Shown here piece after piece: positions 16,897 through 28,000 of a stretch of 64,000 nt of DNA. The translations under genes and the position numbers were made by a program. Position 1 is the first letter of the stretch. Each line of letters starts with the position of its first letter. Origin of the DNA: a virus (taxonomy: Duplodnaviria > Caudoviricetes); IMG/VR virus record IMGVR_UViG_3300032138_000007, positions 1 through 64,000 of that record, one strand, 5' to 3'. Under the pieces are notes generated by a model that worked only from the letters and a program-made list of their open reading frames with translations, did no database searches and was not told the DNA's origin.

Positions 16897-18197
16897 TGGG
16901 TTGGTTTAAAGATAAGGCAGAAGATGTTCTTGATGCCTTTACTGGAATAGCAGAGGGTCCAGCTAAAGTTAGTGATATTTTTAATGCAATTAAAGGAACA
17001 CCGACTCCCGAATTTTATGAATTAGAGTTAGCAGAAGTTATTGAGCTTTGGGTGGACGAGGAAGATTTACCTAAAATAAAAAAGGGCTCTGATAAGGGTA
17101 AACCAGATTGGTCAAAGTATGGTTGGATTAAGGCACGATTATTTTATAGTAGTGACGGTGAAGATGATTATCGTTATATGAAACCAATGGATGCCAATAT
17201 AAAAGATTATCCATATCCAGGAGAATCAATTATTGCCGCTCAATATATTTTGGGGGGAGATGAAGATTATTATTATACTCAAAAAATGAATCTAAATGGT
17301 AGAGTAGATATTAATAGTCGGCCAGGAATTAGTAAGTATTTAACTCATTATACTAAAGATACTGTACCCGAAGCATATAAAGAAAATTTACCTACATTAG
17401 TTGATGATAGCGTGACTGTTAGGGAATTAGATGTAGAAGAAGGTGATATAGCATTTAATGGTAGATTTGGTAATACAATAAGACTTGGTAGTAATATTAA
17501 AAAGATAAAGAAAACAACAAAGACTACTACAGGTGGACATACTCGTATTACAACTCTTACGGGAAAAGTTAATTCACCCAATCTTATTATGAGAGTCGGG
17601 CAGGGAGTGGAAGAAACAGTAAATTTTAAACCAGTAAAAGAAGATATAGATTTAGATGGTAGTTCGATATGGATGACTACCGACCAAATAGTTCCACTCA
17701 CTCATTATGAAAGTAAAGTCACTGGTGTGAATCCAAAATTTAAAGAAGAAAGTAGTGGAAAACAAATAGTTTTAACTTCTGATAGATTAGTTTTTAATTC
17801 AAGAAAAAATACTTTTCTATATTCAGATAATGATATAAATTTAGTTAGTAAAAATAGAATTGTATTAGAAGGTCATAAAAATGTATATCTTGGAAGTGCA
17901 CCAGAACAAGGAAAAGCAACTGGGGCTAGACGTAACAGAGCAGCAACAGGAAATACAGGAAAAGAAGCAAGAATTCAACCAGTTTTACTTGGTGATACTA
18001 CGATGAGAATAATTGAAAATTTAATGCAAGCTCTAATTGAATTTAGTGTCACTATGCAAAGTGCAAAGGGATCAGTTGTAGATTTTGTAGTTCCAGTATC
18101 AGGTATTCATGAGGGATGTACTGGATTACAAGGAACTTGTGAACAATTAATTGAAGATTTAGATAAAGCAAAAAGTGATATAGTTAAAACAGTATAG
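16896..18197 (+). CDS. Baseplate hub/spike (gp5/gpV-like)
   Basis: OB-like N-terminus (YPYPGE), GDIAFNGRFGNTIRLGS, beta-helix-like GKQIVLTSDRLVFNSR, PVLLGD; baseplate context. Confidence 0.6.
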   Translation: MGWFKDKAEDVLDAFTGIAEGPAKVSDIFNAIKGTPTPEFYELELAEVIELWVDEEDLPKIKKGSDKGKPDWSKYGWIKARLFYSSDGEDDYRYMKPMDANIKDYPYPGESIIAAQYILGGDEDYYYTQKMNLNGRVDINSRPGISKYLTHYTKDTVPEAYKENLPTLVDDSVTVRELDVEEGDIAFNGRFGNTIRLGSNIKKIKKTTKTTTGGHTRITTLTGKVNSPNLIMRVGQGVEETVNFKPVKEDIDLDGSSIWMTTDQIVPLTHYESKVTGVNPKFKEESSGKQIVLTSDRLVFNSRKNTFLYSDNDINLVSKNRIVLEGHKNVYLGSAPEQGKATGARRNRAATGNTGKEARIQPVLLGDTTMRIIENLMQALIEFSVTMQSAKGSVVDFVVPVSGIHEGCTGLQGTCEQLIEDLDKAKSDIVKTV

Positions 18198-18204
18198 GAA
18201 TATA

Positions 18205-19455
18205 ATGGCACAAAGATGTAAATCAATAGCAGGACAACGAGTAACGTTAGGTCCAGGAAAACCAATAATGGCTGGATCTGAACTTATAGATGGAAGTGCT
18301 ATATGTAATGGAGTAGAAGAATACCCAATTCAGTTTATACACGATGATGGTTGTATTACAGGAGAAGATGGGGCAACTTTAGTTTGGCCAGATACAGGTA
18401 ATGATTTAATTCGGTTTGATGAAAACGATCATGTTCCAGTTGGAACTCAAATATATAGAGGTAGAGTTAATGATGGTGGAAATTGGTTTGATGCCCCACA
18501 TCAAGTAGAGAACGAAGGAGCTTTTGCTGGGGGTGGTGCAGATGGAGATACGGATGGTAGTGGTGATGATGACGGTGAAGATAAAGGATTTTGTGCTGGA
18601 AAGGGTAATGTTGATTTACCTGAAGATGAAGATTGGCTTATAGAATTAGCTAATTTAGAACTTCCTGATTTACAAGGTTGGTTACTATCTGGATTTACTG
18701 CAAAAATACAAGAGTTAATGGGTAAACTTAATAAGGTATTGGGTAAATTAAATGCAGATGTAGATAAGATAATGGAAAGAGCTACTCTTGATCCTGAAAA
18801 AGTTTGTACACAACCTGTAAAAGATACTATTAATTATTTATTAGGAATAATGGCATATATAATGAAAATAGTGCCAATAATGAAAAAGATAGTTCAAATC
18901 ATAAAAATTATTCAAAAGGTTATAAAAATAGTTAGAAAGATTTTAAAGTGGACACCACCATTTGTAGTTCCTATAATTGAAGCATTAATGAATGTATTAA
19001 ATATTATGGGATTAGTTGATATGTGTGTTAGTATGTTAGTAAAAACAGTTGGTAGATTTTCAACAATCATTCCTGTATTACAGGCACAATTAATGAGTAT
19101 TTTAGCACAATGTGCAGGACAAGATTTAACAGACAAAGAAGCCTGTGAAGCAGCAGGGGGAACTTGGATTGATCCAAAAGAGATGGCAAAATTACAAGAA
19201 ATGTATGATGCAATATCAAAAGAAACTGCCGGTATGATAGATGATGACGCGTCAGTTGGATTTTGTGATTTTACAGAACATTTAACTAAAAAAGAGTGTG
19301 AAGCAGCTGGTGGTAAATGGACAGAGTTAGATGTAGATACAAATTTTGATGAAGTAGATACTACTGCATTATCAAAAGAATTGGCAAAACAATTGGAAGA
19401 ATTAAATAGATGTTTTTCCAGTCCAGAATTAAATGATTATTTAAAAGGTTTATAG
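18205..19455 (+). CDS. Virion-associated protein with long amphipathic helices and CEAAGGxW repeats
   Basis: Long hydrophobic/basic helical region; ACEAAGGTW and ECEAAGGKW. Confidence 0.6.
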   Translation: MAQRCKSIAGQRVTLGPGKPIMAGSELIDGSAICNGVEEYPIQFIHDDGCITGEDGATLVWPDTGNDLIRFDENDHVPVGTQIYRGRVNDGGNWFDAPHQVENEGAFAGGGADGDTDGSGDDDGEDKGFCAGKGNVDLPEDEDWLIELANLELPDLQGWLLSGFTAKIQELMGKLNKVLGKLNADVDKIMERATLDPEKVCTQPVKDTINYLLGIMAYIMKIVPIMKKIVQIIKIIQKVIKIVRKILKWTPPFVVPIIEALMNVLNIMGLVDMCVSMLVKTVGRFSTIIPVLQAQLMSILAQCAGQDLTDKEACEAAGGTWIDPKEMAKLQEMYDAISKETAGMIDDDASVGFCDFTEHLTKKECEAAGGKWTELDVDTNFDEVDTTALSKELAKQLEELNRCFSSPELNDYLKGL

Positions 19456-19468
19456 AGGAGATCATAAA

Positions 19469-19987
19469 ATGAAGAAACAAGAGTTAATAAAAATAATTGA
19501 AACCGTAGTTCGTAAGGAAGTTAAAAAACAAATGAATGAGATATTTATTAAAGATAAAGACTCATCTTCACTTACCGAATTAGTTTCAAAACCATTAATT
19601 AAAAAAGAAGAGGTCAAAGAACCTATTAGGAAGAAACAAGTTAAACCTAAAAAGGAAGTAAACTATACATCAAACAAAGCTCTCAATAAAGTTTTGAATG
19701 AAACCGTTGGTGGAGTTCCACAAGGTGAAGGTGGATATGAAACGATGGGTGGTGGAGTTTATGATACCAGTAAGATAAATGATGTACTTGCTGGAGCTAC
19801 AGGTTTAGGAAATACAGAAGGTGCAAAAGAACGAAAACGAGAAATAGCAGCAGTTGATTCTATTAAGAAAGCTGGTGTAAATGTTGACCAAGTTCCTGAC
19901 CATGTAACGGATGCATTAACAAGAGATTATTCAGCTGTTATGAAAGCGATAGACCAAAAAAAGGGTGGAACGAATTATCGTCCATAG
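19469..19987 (+). CDS. Hypothetical virion protein
   Basis: AGGAG RBS; structural operon. Confidence 0.7.
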   Translation: MKKQELIKIIETVVRKEVKKQMNEIFIKDKDSSSLTELVSKPLIKKEEVKEPIRKKQVKPKKEVNYTSNKALNKVLNETVGGVPQGEGGYETMGGGVYDTSKINDVLAGATGLGNTEGAKERKREIAAVDSIKKAGVNVDQVPDHVTDALTRDYSAVMKAIDQKKGGTNYRP

Positions 19988-19998
19988 TGAGGTGAATC

Positions 19999-20826
19999 AT
20001 GGGATTAGATAAAAAGTTTCTAAAATATAAACTTGAAAAAATTAAGAATGATAGAATTTTTAAAGAACAGGATTCAGAAACTAAAAAGAGGATACGAAAA
20101 GAAAATTCTAAATTAGCCCAAGAAGAAGCTGATGCAATACATTCTTATTTAACAGGTGAAGATCCAATAGATGCATTAGACAATAAGTCTTTTTTAGAAA
20201 ATAGATTACCTGGTAGTTTATTTTTAATACCGAGAAGGAAGAAAGTAGGAAATAAAAAATGGGAAAATCAAGGTGAGTTAAATATACGGCGGAATCAATC
20301 TGACCCAACTACTAAAAAGAATAGATTATTAAAAGTATTGAAAAAATTTAAAACGGTAGCTAAATCAAATGCTAATTATGGTAAAGAAATATTAAAACTT
20401 GGAAGAATTTTTGATAGGTTACGTGTAACTTTTGGTAGTGAAGGAATTAAAGTTGATGGTAATATAAATATGAAGTCTATGGATGTACAAGGAGATATTA
20501 ATTTAGGAGGAAAGTTAAATTTTGTAGATACACCCGGCCAACAAGGTCCACCACCGCAAAGTTTAACTCCTAATGGATATGTTGAGTTACCTGGAGGTAT
20601 GATAATGCAGTGGGGAACAGGAACTTCTTCATCAGACGATGAACAAAATTTTGAGTTTTCATTAGAATTTCCGAATGCATGTTTTAATGTTGTTACACAA
20701 AGAATAACTGGAGATGCACGAGATGTACTTCCTGTTCAAAATATTACAACTACTAATTTTGAGATTAATAGAAACTCAGCCATCGATGGTAGTCATGATT
20801 TTTACTGGCAAGCAATAGGAAATTAA
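19999..20826 (+). CDS. Tail fibre-like protein with gp53-like C-terminal domain
   Basis: NGYVELPGGMIMQWG..F..EFPNACFNV..YWQAIGN. Confidence 0.7.
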   Translation: MGLDKKFLKYKLEKIKNDRIFKEQDSETKKRIRKENSKLAQEEADAIHSYLTGEDPIDALDNKSFLENRLPGSLFLIPRRKKVGNKKWENQGELNIRRNQSDPTTKKNRLLKVLKKFKTVAKSNANYGKEILKLGRIFDRLRVTFGSEGIKVDGNINMKSMDVQGDINLGGKLNFVDTPGQQGPPPQSLTPNGYVELPGGMIMQWGTGTSSSDDEQNFEFSLEFPNACFNVVTQRITGDARDVLPVQNITTTNFEINRNSAIDGSHDFYWQAIGN

Positions 20827-20838
20827 AGGAGAATATAA

Positions 20839-21267
20839 ATGGGAGCAAGAGAAAAAGATTTAAATCCAGATACTTACATTGGATTGAAACTCCCTATGGG
20901 ATATTCTGATTCTGGATACTTTAAACAAACCAAAACCACACTTCAACAGGCAAAACATAATATCATAAATTTGTTGAAAACTATTCCAGGTGAAAGACTT
21001 GGACAACCCACATTTGGTTCACAGTTACATTCAATATTGTTTGAACCTATGAATGAAGATTTCGGAGATATATTAGAAGAGTCCATTAGAAGTTCACTTG
21101 CTAAATGGCTACCATATATAAACATTAAAAATATAGAAATTACAATGCCAGATTATAATATTAATAGAGTAAATATATCAATAGATTTTGGATTGTCATT
21201 CGAGCCCGATAGATTTGGAACGGTTTCTGTAAATTTTGACCAATTTGAATCGGCGATTAATCAATAA
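20839..21267 (+). CDS. Baseplate wedge protein (gp25/GPW family)
   Basis: NLLKTIPGERLGQPTFGS..LFEP..WLPYI. Confidence 0.9.
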   Translation: MGAREKDLNPDTYIGLKLPMGYSDSGYFKQTKTTLQQAKHNIINLLKTIPGERLGQPTFGSQLHSILFEPMNEDFGDILEESIRSSLAKWLPYINIKNIEITMPDYNINRVNISIDFGLSFEPDRFGTVSVNFDQFESAINQ

Positions 21268-21278
21268 GGGAGAAAGAA

Positions 21279-23219
21279 ATGGCTACAAAGGGAGTCAGTA
21301 AAGACGTAAAATATTTAAACAAAGATTTCTCTGCATTTAGAGATGGTCTTATAGAATTTGCAAAGACATACTTTCCAAATACATATAATGATTTTAATGA
21401 ATCAGATCCAGGTATGATGTTCATAGAAATGGCATCATATGTTGGGGATACATTGTCTTATTATATGGACGAACAATTTAAAGAAAGTATGTTATCATTT
21501 GCAGAAGAAAAGAAAACCATATATGAAATTGCACAAGGATATGGATACAAACCCAAACAAGGTTCAGCCTCATCTGTAACACTTGATGTATTTCAAGTAG
21601 TACCTGCTGACCCTAATAATGTTAAAGATGAAAAAAGACAACCAAATGAAGATTATTGTCTTACAATACCAGCAGGAATGCAAGGAACATCCGATAACGG
21701 TACTATTTTTAGAACAACAGGAGATGTTATATTTAGAGATTCTGGTTCTATGAGTCCACGACAAGAAGATATTTTTGAAGTAGACGATGATAGTAATATT
21801 ACAAAATGGTTATTGAAGAAACAAGTAAAGGCAGTTAGTGGAACAACTGTTACTGAATATATAACATTTGGAGCAGCAGAAAAATATAAAAGAGTTGCTT
21901 TATCAAATACTCCAGTATTAGAAATAATTTCAGTAACAGATAGTGATGGAAATAATTGGTATGAAGTTCCATTTTTAGCACAAGATACAGTATATGCAGA
22001 TTTTGATAATACTACACAAAATTCTCCAGATTTAGTAGAAGGTAGAAATTTTGCACCATTTTTATTAAAACTTGTAAAGACATCTAAACGATATAAAACT
22101 TATATAAGACCAGATGGAAGAACTGAAATGAGATTTGGTTCAGGAGTAGCAGCAGGATCTGATGAAGAAATAATTCCAAACCCAAATAGTGTTGGTTCTA
22201 ATTTACCAGGAACACCGAGTTTTCTTGATACATCATTTGATCCAGCAAACTTTTTGAATACAGAAACTTATGGTCAATGTCCAACTAATACAACTCTTAC
22301 GATTAAGTATTCGTATGGTGGTGGAATAGATGATAATGTATCATCAGGTCAAATTAATAATATTACATTACAGGCTCCATACTTTGATAGTTCATTGACT
22401 TTGGATTCAACTTTACAAGATGTGTCTTTAAGTTCTACAGCACTAACAAATCCACAACCAGCAACTGGTGGTGGTGGACCAGAAACACTTGAAAATGTGA
22501 GAGTAAATGCATTAGCTTACTTTCAGGCACAAAGTAGAGCGGTAACTAAAGATGATTATATAACTCGTGTTTATTCATTACCACCAAAATATGGTAATAT
22601 AGCAAAAGTTTATATGATTCAAGATGAACAAGTGGCATCAACAGACCAATTTACGGGAGATTCCACATATCAATCTAATCCATTGGCATTGAATATGTAT
22701 ATGTTGGGATATGATCAAAATGGAAAATTGATTAGATTAAATCAAGCTGTTAAAGAAAACATAAGAGTTTATTTAAGTCAATATAGAATGATGACTGATG
22801 CAGTTCAACTTAAAGATGGGTGGATTTGTAATGTTGGAATTGACTTTGCAATTTTAACTAAAAAAGGATTCAATAAAAATGAAGTTTTGTTAAATTGTGT
22901 TAATAAATTAAAAATATATTTTGATATAGAGAAGTGGCAAATAAATCAACCTATAATAACAGCCGATATGGCATCCTTATTGATTACAGTTGATGGTGTT
23001 GCAACAGTAGTTCCACCACCAGGACAACCAAATGATCAGGAACAACAATCGATAATCGTTGTTAATAAACAGGGAATTGGTAAGGGTTATTCTGATAATT
23101 TATATAACATAGCGGGAGCAACATATAATGGAATAGTTTATCCACCTGTTGATCCTACAATATTTGAAGTTAAATACCCCGATACTGATATTCGAGGTAG
23201 GGTATTAGGAGATATATAA
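21279..23219 (+). CDS. Baseplate wedge protein (gp6/baseplate J-like)
   Basis: NKDF..YFPNTYNDF..DPGMMFIEMASYVGD; GGGGPET..QSRAVTKDDY. Confidence 0.85.
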   Translation: MATKGVSKDVKYLNKDFSAFRDGLIEFAKTYFPNTYNDFNESDPGMMFIEMASYVGDTLSYYMDEQFKESMLSFAEEKKTIYEIAQGYGYKPKQGSASSVTLDVFQVVPADPNNVKDEKRQPNEDYCLTIPAGMQGTSDNGTIFRTTGDVIFRDSGSMSPRQEDIFEVDDDSNITKWLLKKQVKAVSGTTVTEYITFGAAEKYKRVALSNTPVLEIISVTDSDGNNWYEVPFLAQDTVYADFDNTTQNSPDLVEGRNFAPFLLKLVKTSKRYKTYIRPDGRTEMRFGSGVAAGSDEEIIPNPNSVGSNLPGTPSFLDTSFDPANFLNTETYGQCPTNTTLTIKYSYGGGIDDNVSSGQINNITLQAPYFDSSLTLDSTLQDVSLSSTALTNPQPATGGGGPETLENVRVNALAYFQAQSRAVTKDDYITRVYSLPPKYGNIAKVYMIQDEQVASTDQFTGDSTYQSNPLALNMYMLGYDQNGKLIRLNQAVKENIRVYLSQYRMMTDAVQLKDGWICNVGIDFAILTKKGFNKNEVLLNCVNKLKIYFDIEKWQINQPIITADMASLLITVDGVATVVPPPGQPNDQEQQSIIVVNKQGIGKGYSDNLYNIAGATYNGIVYPPVDPTIFEVKYPDTDIRGRVLGDI

Positions 23220-24745
23220 TGCATTATTTTGAATACGCAACAAAAGATACAACATTATATGAAGTCAGTAAAAGTATGAATACTGGACTCGATGAAATTA
23301 TTGAGATTAGAAAGGATATGAATGATGATGGTTCAGTAGTAAACGTTTCTCGTGCACTAATTAAATTTGATATAAATTATATTTCAGAATCAGTATCTTC
23401 GGGGTTAATTACGTCTGGATCAAATACTAAATTTTATTTAAATTTATATGACGCAAACTCATATGCATTAGATATTTCACAATCATTATATGGATATCCA
23501 GTTAGTCAATCTTGGAACATGGGTTCGGGTAGAACTGATTCAAATCCTAAAATTGAAGATGGGGCAAGTTGGAAGTATACAAATAATAATGATGATGCAA
23601 CTCCTTGGTATGGAAGTTATTCTACATTACAAGGAAATACTTTTGCAAGTGGAACTTTAACAATTAATAATGGTGATTATGATAATCAAGAAGTTACTAT
23701 TGGTGGAGTTGATTTTGTATTTATAAGTGGTTCAAGTAAAGTATTTGATAATAGTTCATCTGAAATATTTGTAACTTCTGGATCAACAACTGGTAGTTCT
23801 ATTAATAATTTACGAAGTGCTATTAATAATACTGTAAGTTCTTCTTTACATGGATTGGCAATTTCTGCAAGTATAGGAACTAATCCTGGTAGTATATTAA
23901 TATTATCTGGAAGTTCAACAGGAACATCAGCTAATTTATCTGCTGCATCATCTTCGGGATTATTTGTATTTAACGGAAGTAGTGCATATGCCGTAGAAGG
24001 TGGAACTGATATAACATCAACACTATCGGGTGGGGGTGGAACTTGGTATAGTGGAAGTGGATATGAAGCTTCACAATCTTTTACACATGAAGCTGCAGAT
24101 TTGAGAATGGATGTAAGTGATATTACTTGGAGATGGTTACATAGTACAGTTCCAAACGAAGGATTTATATTAAAAAGAAGTGGAAGTATGGGAAATTCAA
24201 ATTCAACTCTTGATGAAGGAAGTACTAAAAAACTTGGCCACTTTTTATTTTTTGGTAGAGATACACATACAATTTATCAACCAAGATTAGAAGTTGTTTG
24301 GGATGATTCCACTTGGGCTACTGGTTCTTTATCGGCACTTTCATCTGCCAATTTAGAAGATATGGTTCTGTATATGAGAAGTTTACGACCTGAATATAAA
24401 GAAAAGTCAAAAGTAAAATTTAGAGTTATTGGTAGAGAAAGATATCCTGAAAAGTCGTATGCAACAAGTGGATATAGTACAGGATATACAACAGTAAAGA
24501 CTTTACCGAGTGGAAGTACTTATTATCAAATTAAAGATGCTTATACAGAAGAAGTGATTATTCCATTTGGGAGTGGTACAAAAGTAAGTTGTGATTCAAC
24601 AGGAAACTATTTTAATTTTTGGTTGAATGGATTACAGGCAGAAAGATTTTATAGAATAGAATATAAAGTTGTAAGTGGTAGTGGAACTGCTAATGAAACA
24701 GTAGAATTCTATGATGAAAAACATTCCTTCAAAGTGGTGAGATAA
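23219..24745 (+). CDS. Baseplate/tail structural protein
   Basis: KDTTLYE..NTGLDEI..SRALIKFD..PRLEVVWDD (DNRLRE-like); context. Confidence 0.6.
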   Translation: MHYFEYATKDTTLYEVSKSMNTGLDEIIEIRKDMNDDGSVVNVSRALIKFDINYISESVSSGLITSGSNTKFYLNLYDANSYALDISQSLYGYPVSQSWNMGSGRTDSNPKIEDGASWKYTNNNDDATPWYGSYSTLQGNTFASGTLTINNGDYDNQEVTIGGVDFVFISGSSKVFDNSSSEIFVTSGSTTGSSINNLRSAINNTVSSSLHGLAISASIGTNPGSILILSGSSTGTSANLSAASSSGLFVFNGSSAYAVEGGTDITSTLSGGGGTWYSGSGYEASQSFTHEAADLRMDVSDITWRWLHSTVPNEGFILKRSGSMGNSNSTLDEGSTKKLGHFLFFGRDTHTIYQPRLEVVWDDSTWATGSLSALSSANLEDMVLYMRSLRPEYKEKSKVKFRVIGRERYPEKSYATSGYSTGYTTVKTLPSGSTYYQIKDAYTEEVIIPFGSGTKVSCDSTGNYFNFWLNGLQAERFYRIEYKVVSGSGTANETVEFYDEKHSFKVVR

Positions 24746-24748
24746 AAG

Positions 24749-25051
24749 ATGCCGTATTCAAAAGATGAATTAGCTAATCTTCCATTTTATCAGGCTCTTG
24801 TGACTAAAGATGAATCTAAATATTTAGAAATAATTGAAAGTAAAACAACAAGTGGTTTTATAAGTGGTGGTATTTTAAGAGATGCTTCATCTAAAAATAT
24901 TATTTTGTTTGAAAAAATAATTAGCGGAGAAGGAACAGACGGAACAAGTCATCCAGAAAATCATACTCTTTCATATGAAGATGGGTATTGGATATATGAA
25001 GAGAATGAAGAACTTAATAAAATAATTAAACGAGAATTTACGGAATTCTAA
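24749..25051 (+). CDS. Hypothetical structural-operon protein
   Basis: ORF coupled to the next gene. Confidence 0.65.
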   Translation: MPYSKDELANLPFYQALVTKDESKYLEIIESKTTSGFISGGILRDASSKNIILFEKIISGEGTDGTSHPENHTLSYEDGYWIYEENEELNKIIKREFTEF

Positions 25052-28000
25052 TGCCAACAAAAAAACAATTAATTAAAGATACAATAACTGGAAAATTATC
25101 AAGATTAAAGGCAAAAGATTTGCCTCTTGTTGGTATTGATGGCTTAAATGATGGTGATATAGTATCACCTTTTGGAACACTTACTACTGATATAATAGAA
25201 TATCATGTATATGATACTGATGATAATTATACAGCTTCAGGTCTAATAGAATATCCACTTCCGACTGATTTGGATGTTGGTTCTCATGTTAGAAATCTTG
25301 GATATGAACGTGGAACTTATAAAATAGTTTATAATTTTTTAAGACAAATTGGTGGTTCTCATAAAGTTGTTTTAACCAAGAAATCAGATAAAAGTATTTA
25401 TACTGGTCAATATATGGTTGAAACTAATGGTAAGATTTTAGCTTCACATTTTCCACTTCCTGATGTAGAACCAAATTTAGAAGTTCCATTAACTGATGAT
25501 AACGGAAATGAAATAGAACTTCTTGTTCAAGATGATAAGTTTTGGTTACAAGAAATATCTCCATCCCGAACAGAAATAAGACTACGACCAAATCCAGCAA
25601 TAAATGATATAGATTATTATGAACAATTTAGATTGTTGGGATATACTTGTTTATCTTATTCTGATGTAAGTGGAACTTCAGATATAACATTTGAGTCCAT
25701 AGATGGTAAAACTGCAACGATAAACAACGGAAGTATATCACTTAATCAAGCAATGGTTGGTGGAACTCTTAAAATAAGAGAAGCTTTTGTTATAGACCAC
25801 GATGAAACTCCAGAAGTAATATCAAGATATTTTCCATTAATTGAAAATACAACTTTAAATGTATCGAATAATATAGTTACCAATGGCCATTTTAGTAATG
25901 GATTAGATGTTGAAGAAAAAGGACAGAGTTCAGTAAGAAATAGTATTGTTGATAATATTGCTAATCCAGGTAATACTAAATTTGTATTAAAAACCCAATC
26001 GGTTGGTTCGGAGGATATGCAAAACAAATATCAACTTTTATTAAAAGGTATCCCTGGTGAAAATTATATAATAAGTTGTTGGGTACATTGGACTCCAGAG
26101 TGGACTAATAATAAGACATTATTTATAGGTGGTATAAATTCTCCATCGGGAGATATACATTTCAATGATGGTATAGCAGGTCAAACACAACCAAGAGCCG
26201 TTTCAGAAACAATAGAAGTAGATGGTAATTTGTGGGAAAGATATTATAAAGTTATAACAATTCCAGAGGATTCTGATGGTAATATAGATTTACAGTTTGG
26301 GCATACAAATGAAGAAACACCAGATGGATATGGTGAACGGTATATTACAAATATTCAAGTTGAACCAGGAAGTTTGGGTGGGATTCCAACTCCATATATG
26401 GAAGTTGAAAGACCTGAAGAAGTTGATGTTCCAATCTCAGGCCAAATTTCATTCATATCAGATCCTGATACTGAAACTAATCAAGTAGTTGAAGCAATCC
26501 TTACTGAAGAAGATGATGGGTTTATTGATTCGATGGTTAGTGGTGAAGGTAGAGGAAGTGGTGTTCTTACTATTAAAGATGCATATGTTGTTGATGAGGT
26601 TTTTAGTGAAGATACAGAACTAATTGTAATAGATGATATTCCATTAAAAAATCCATTAGCTACTGATATTAGAAAATATGAACGAGAGTTTCGTGTAAGT
26701 CCATATCATGGGGGTGGTACAAATAGAATTTGGATTAGAGTTGATAATACTTTTACAATAACTTCTTTTAATTCATTAAATGTTCCAACAGTTATTGGTA
26801 CTACACATGGTGTAGCGGGGGCCTATAAAGAGTCTTATACATATGCCTTACCAGATGATTTGGAAAGATTAGAAATACAAACTCGTAATAATACAAAAGG
26901 AGCTGGATTTCTTGCAAAAATAAAATGGAATGGAAGTATAATTAGAACGGGAGATGGTGAAGGTAGTTATGAAGATGAGAATGAAGATTGGAAACGAGAT
27001 CATTATGGTGATTCAGGGGAAATTGATGTTCCCGAAGTTATTTATACATCTACTAATTCTTCAGGTCCATTTGAAATTATATCAAACTCCACTAATGCAG
27101 AAGATTTAAACTGGAGTGAACAATTAGGTAAAAGTACAAAGACTGCACATAAACAATTAAGAGATTGTGATTGGGTTTGGTCAACTGAAGTAAATAATTC
27201 TCAAGATTTAGTTTGGCAATGGATACCAGAAGGTTCTGTAACCGATTTAATTTGGCAATACCCAGATCCAATTTTATATTCCGATGCAGTAAGACCAAAT
27301 GGTTGGTCAGATGGATTTAATTCATTTAATTGGGGTGGATCCGAAACAGCAAGAATTGATCAAGCAAGATGGCATAGTGGTTGGTTAGGACATCACGCTA
27401 AGTGGATTCAAGGTGAAGGTCAATTTGGTGAAACTTGTATGAAGTTTATTGATAAGAATTCAGAATTCTTATCACCAAATCACGTAAATTATCCAACAAC
27501 AGAGCCACATAGAACAGGACTTTCTTCTGCAGAACATGAAACTTTATCACATAGGTGGATGGGAATTTCACAAACATTACCACATGCAATGGTTGCTCAA
27601 GGAATTGAACCTGGTAATAAAATTACAGTTAGTTGGTGGCAAAAATCAGATACAGTAAATAAAGGTGCAATGGTTGGGTTACATCATTATAGGAAAAGTG
27701 ATGGAAATGTTACTTGGGGAACTTCCATAGGAACTCATCCAGCAACATTAGAAGAAGGTAGTTTATCAGCTGGAGAAAGAGAATTTTTCAAATATAGACC
27801 AGTTTCTAAAATTGGAGAATGGGAACAAGTAAGTTGGACTGGAGTAGTTTACGAAGATTGGGATTTGGCAAAACCAACTACTCTTTATGTTTATGGTCAT
27901 TATGGTCCAGAAGGAATTTTATGGGTAGAGAGCCCTACAATTCAATTAACAGAATCAACTACAGTAGTTAATAGAACTCCTGTCACTGCAGATTTAGTAG

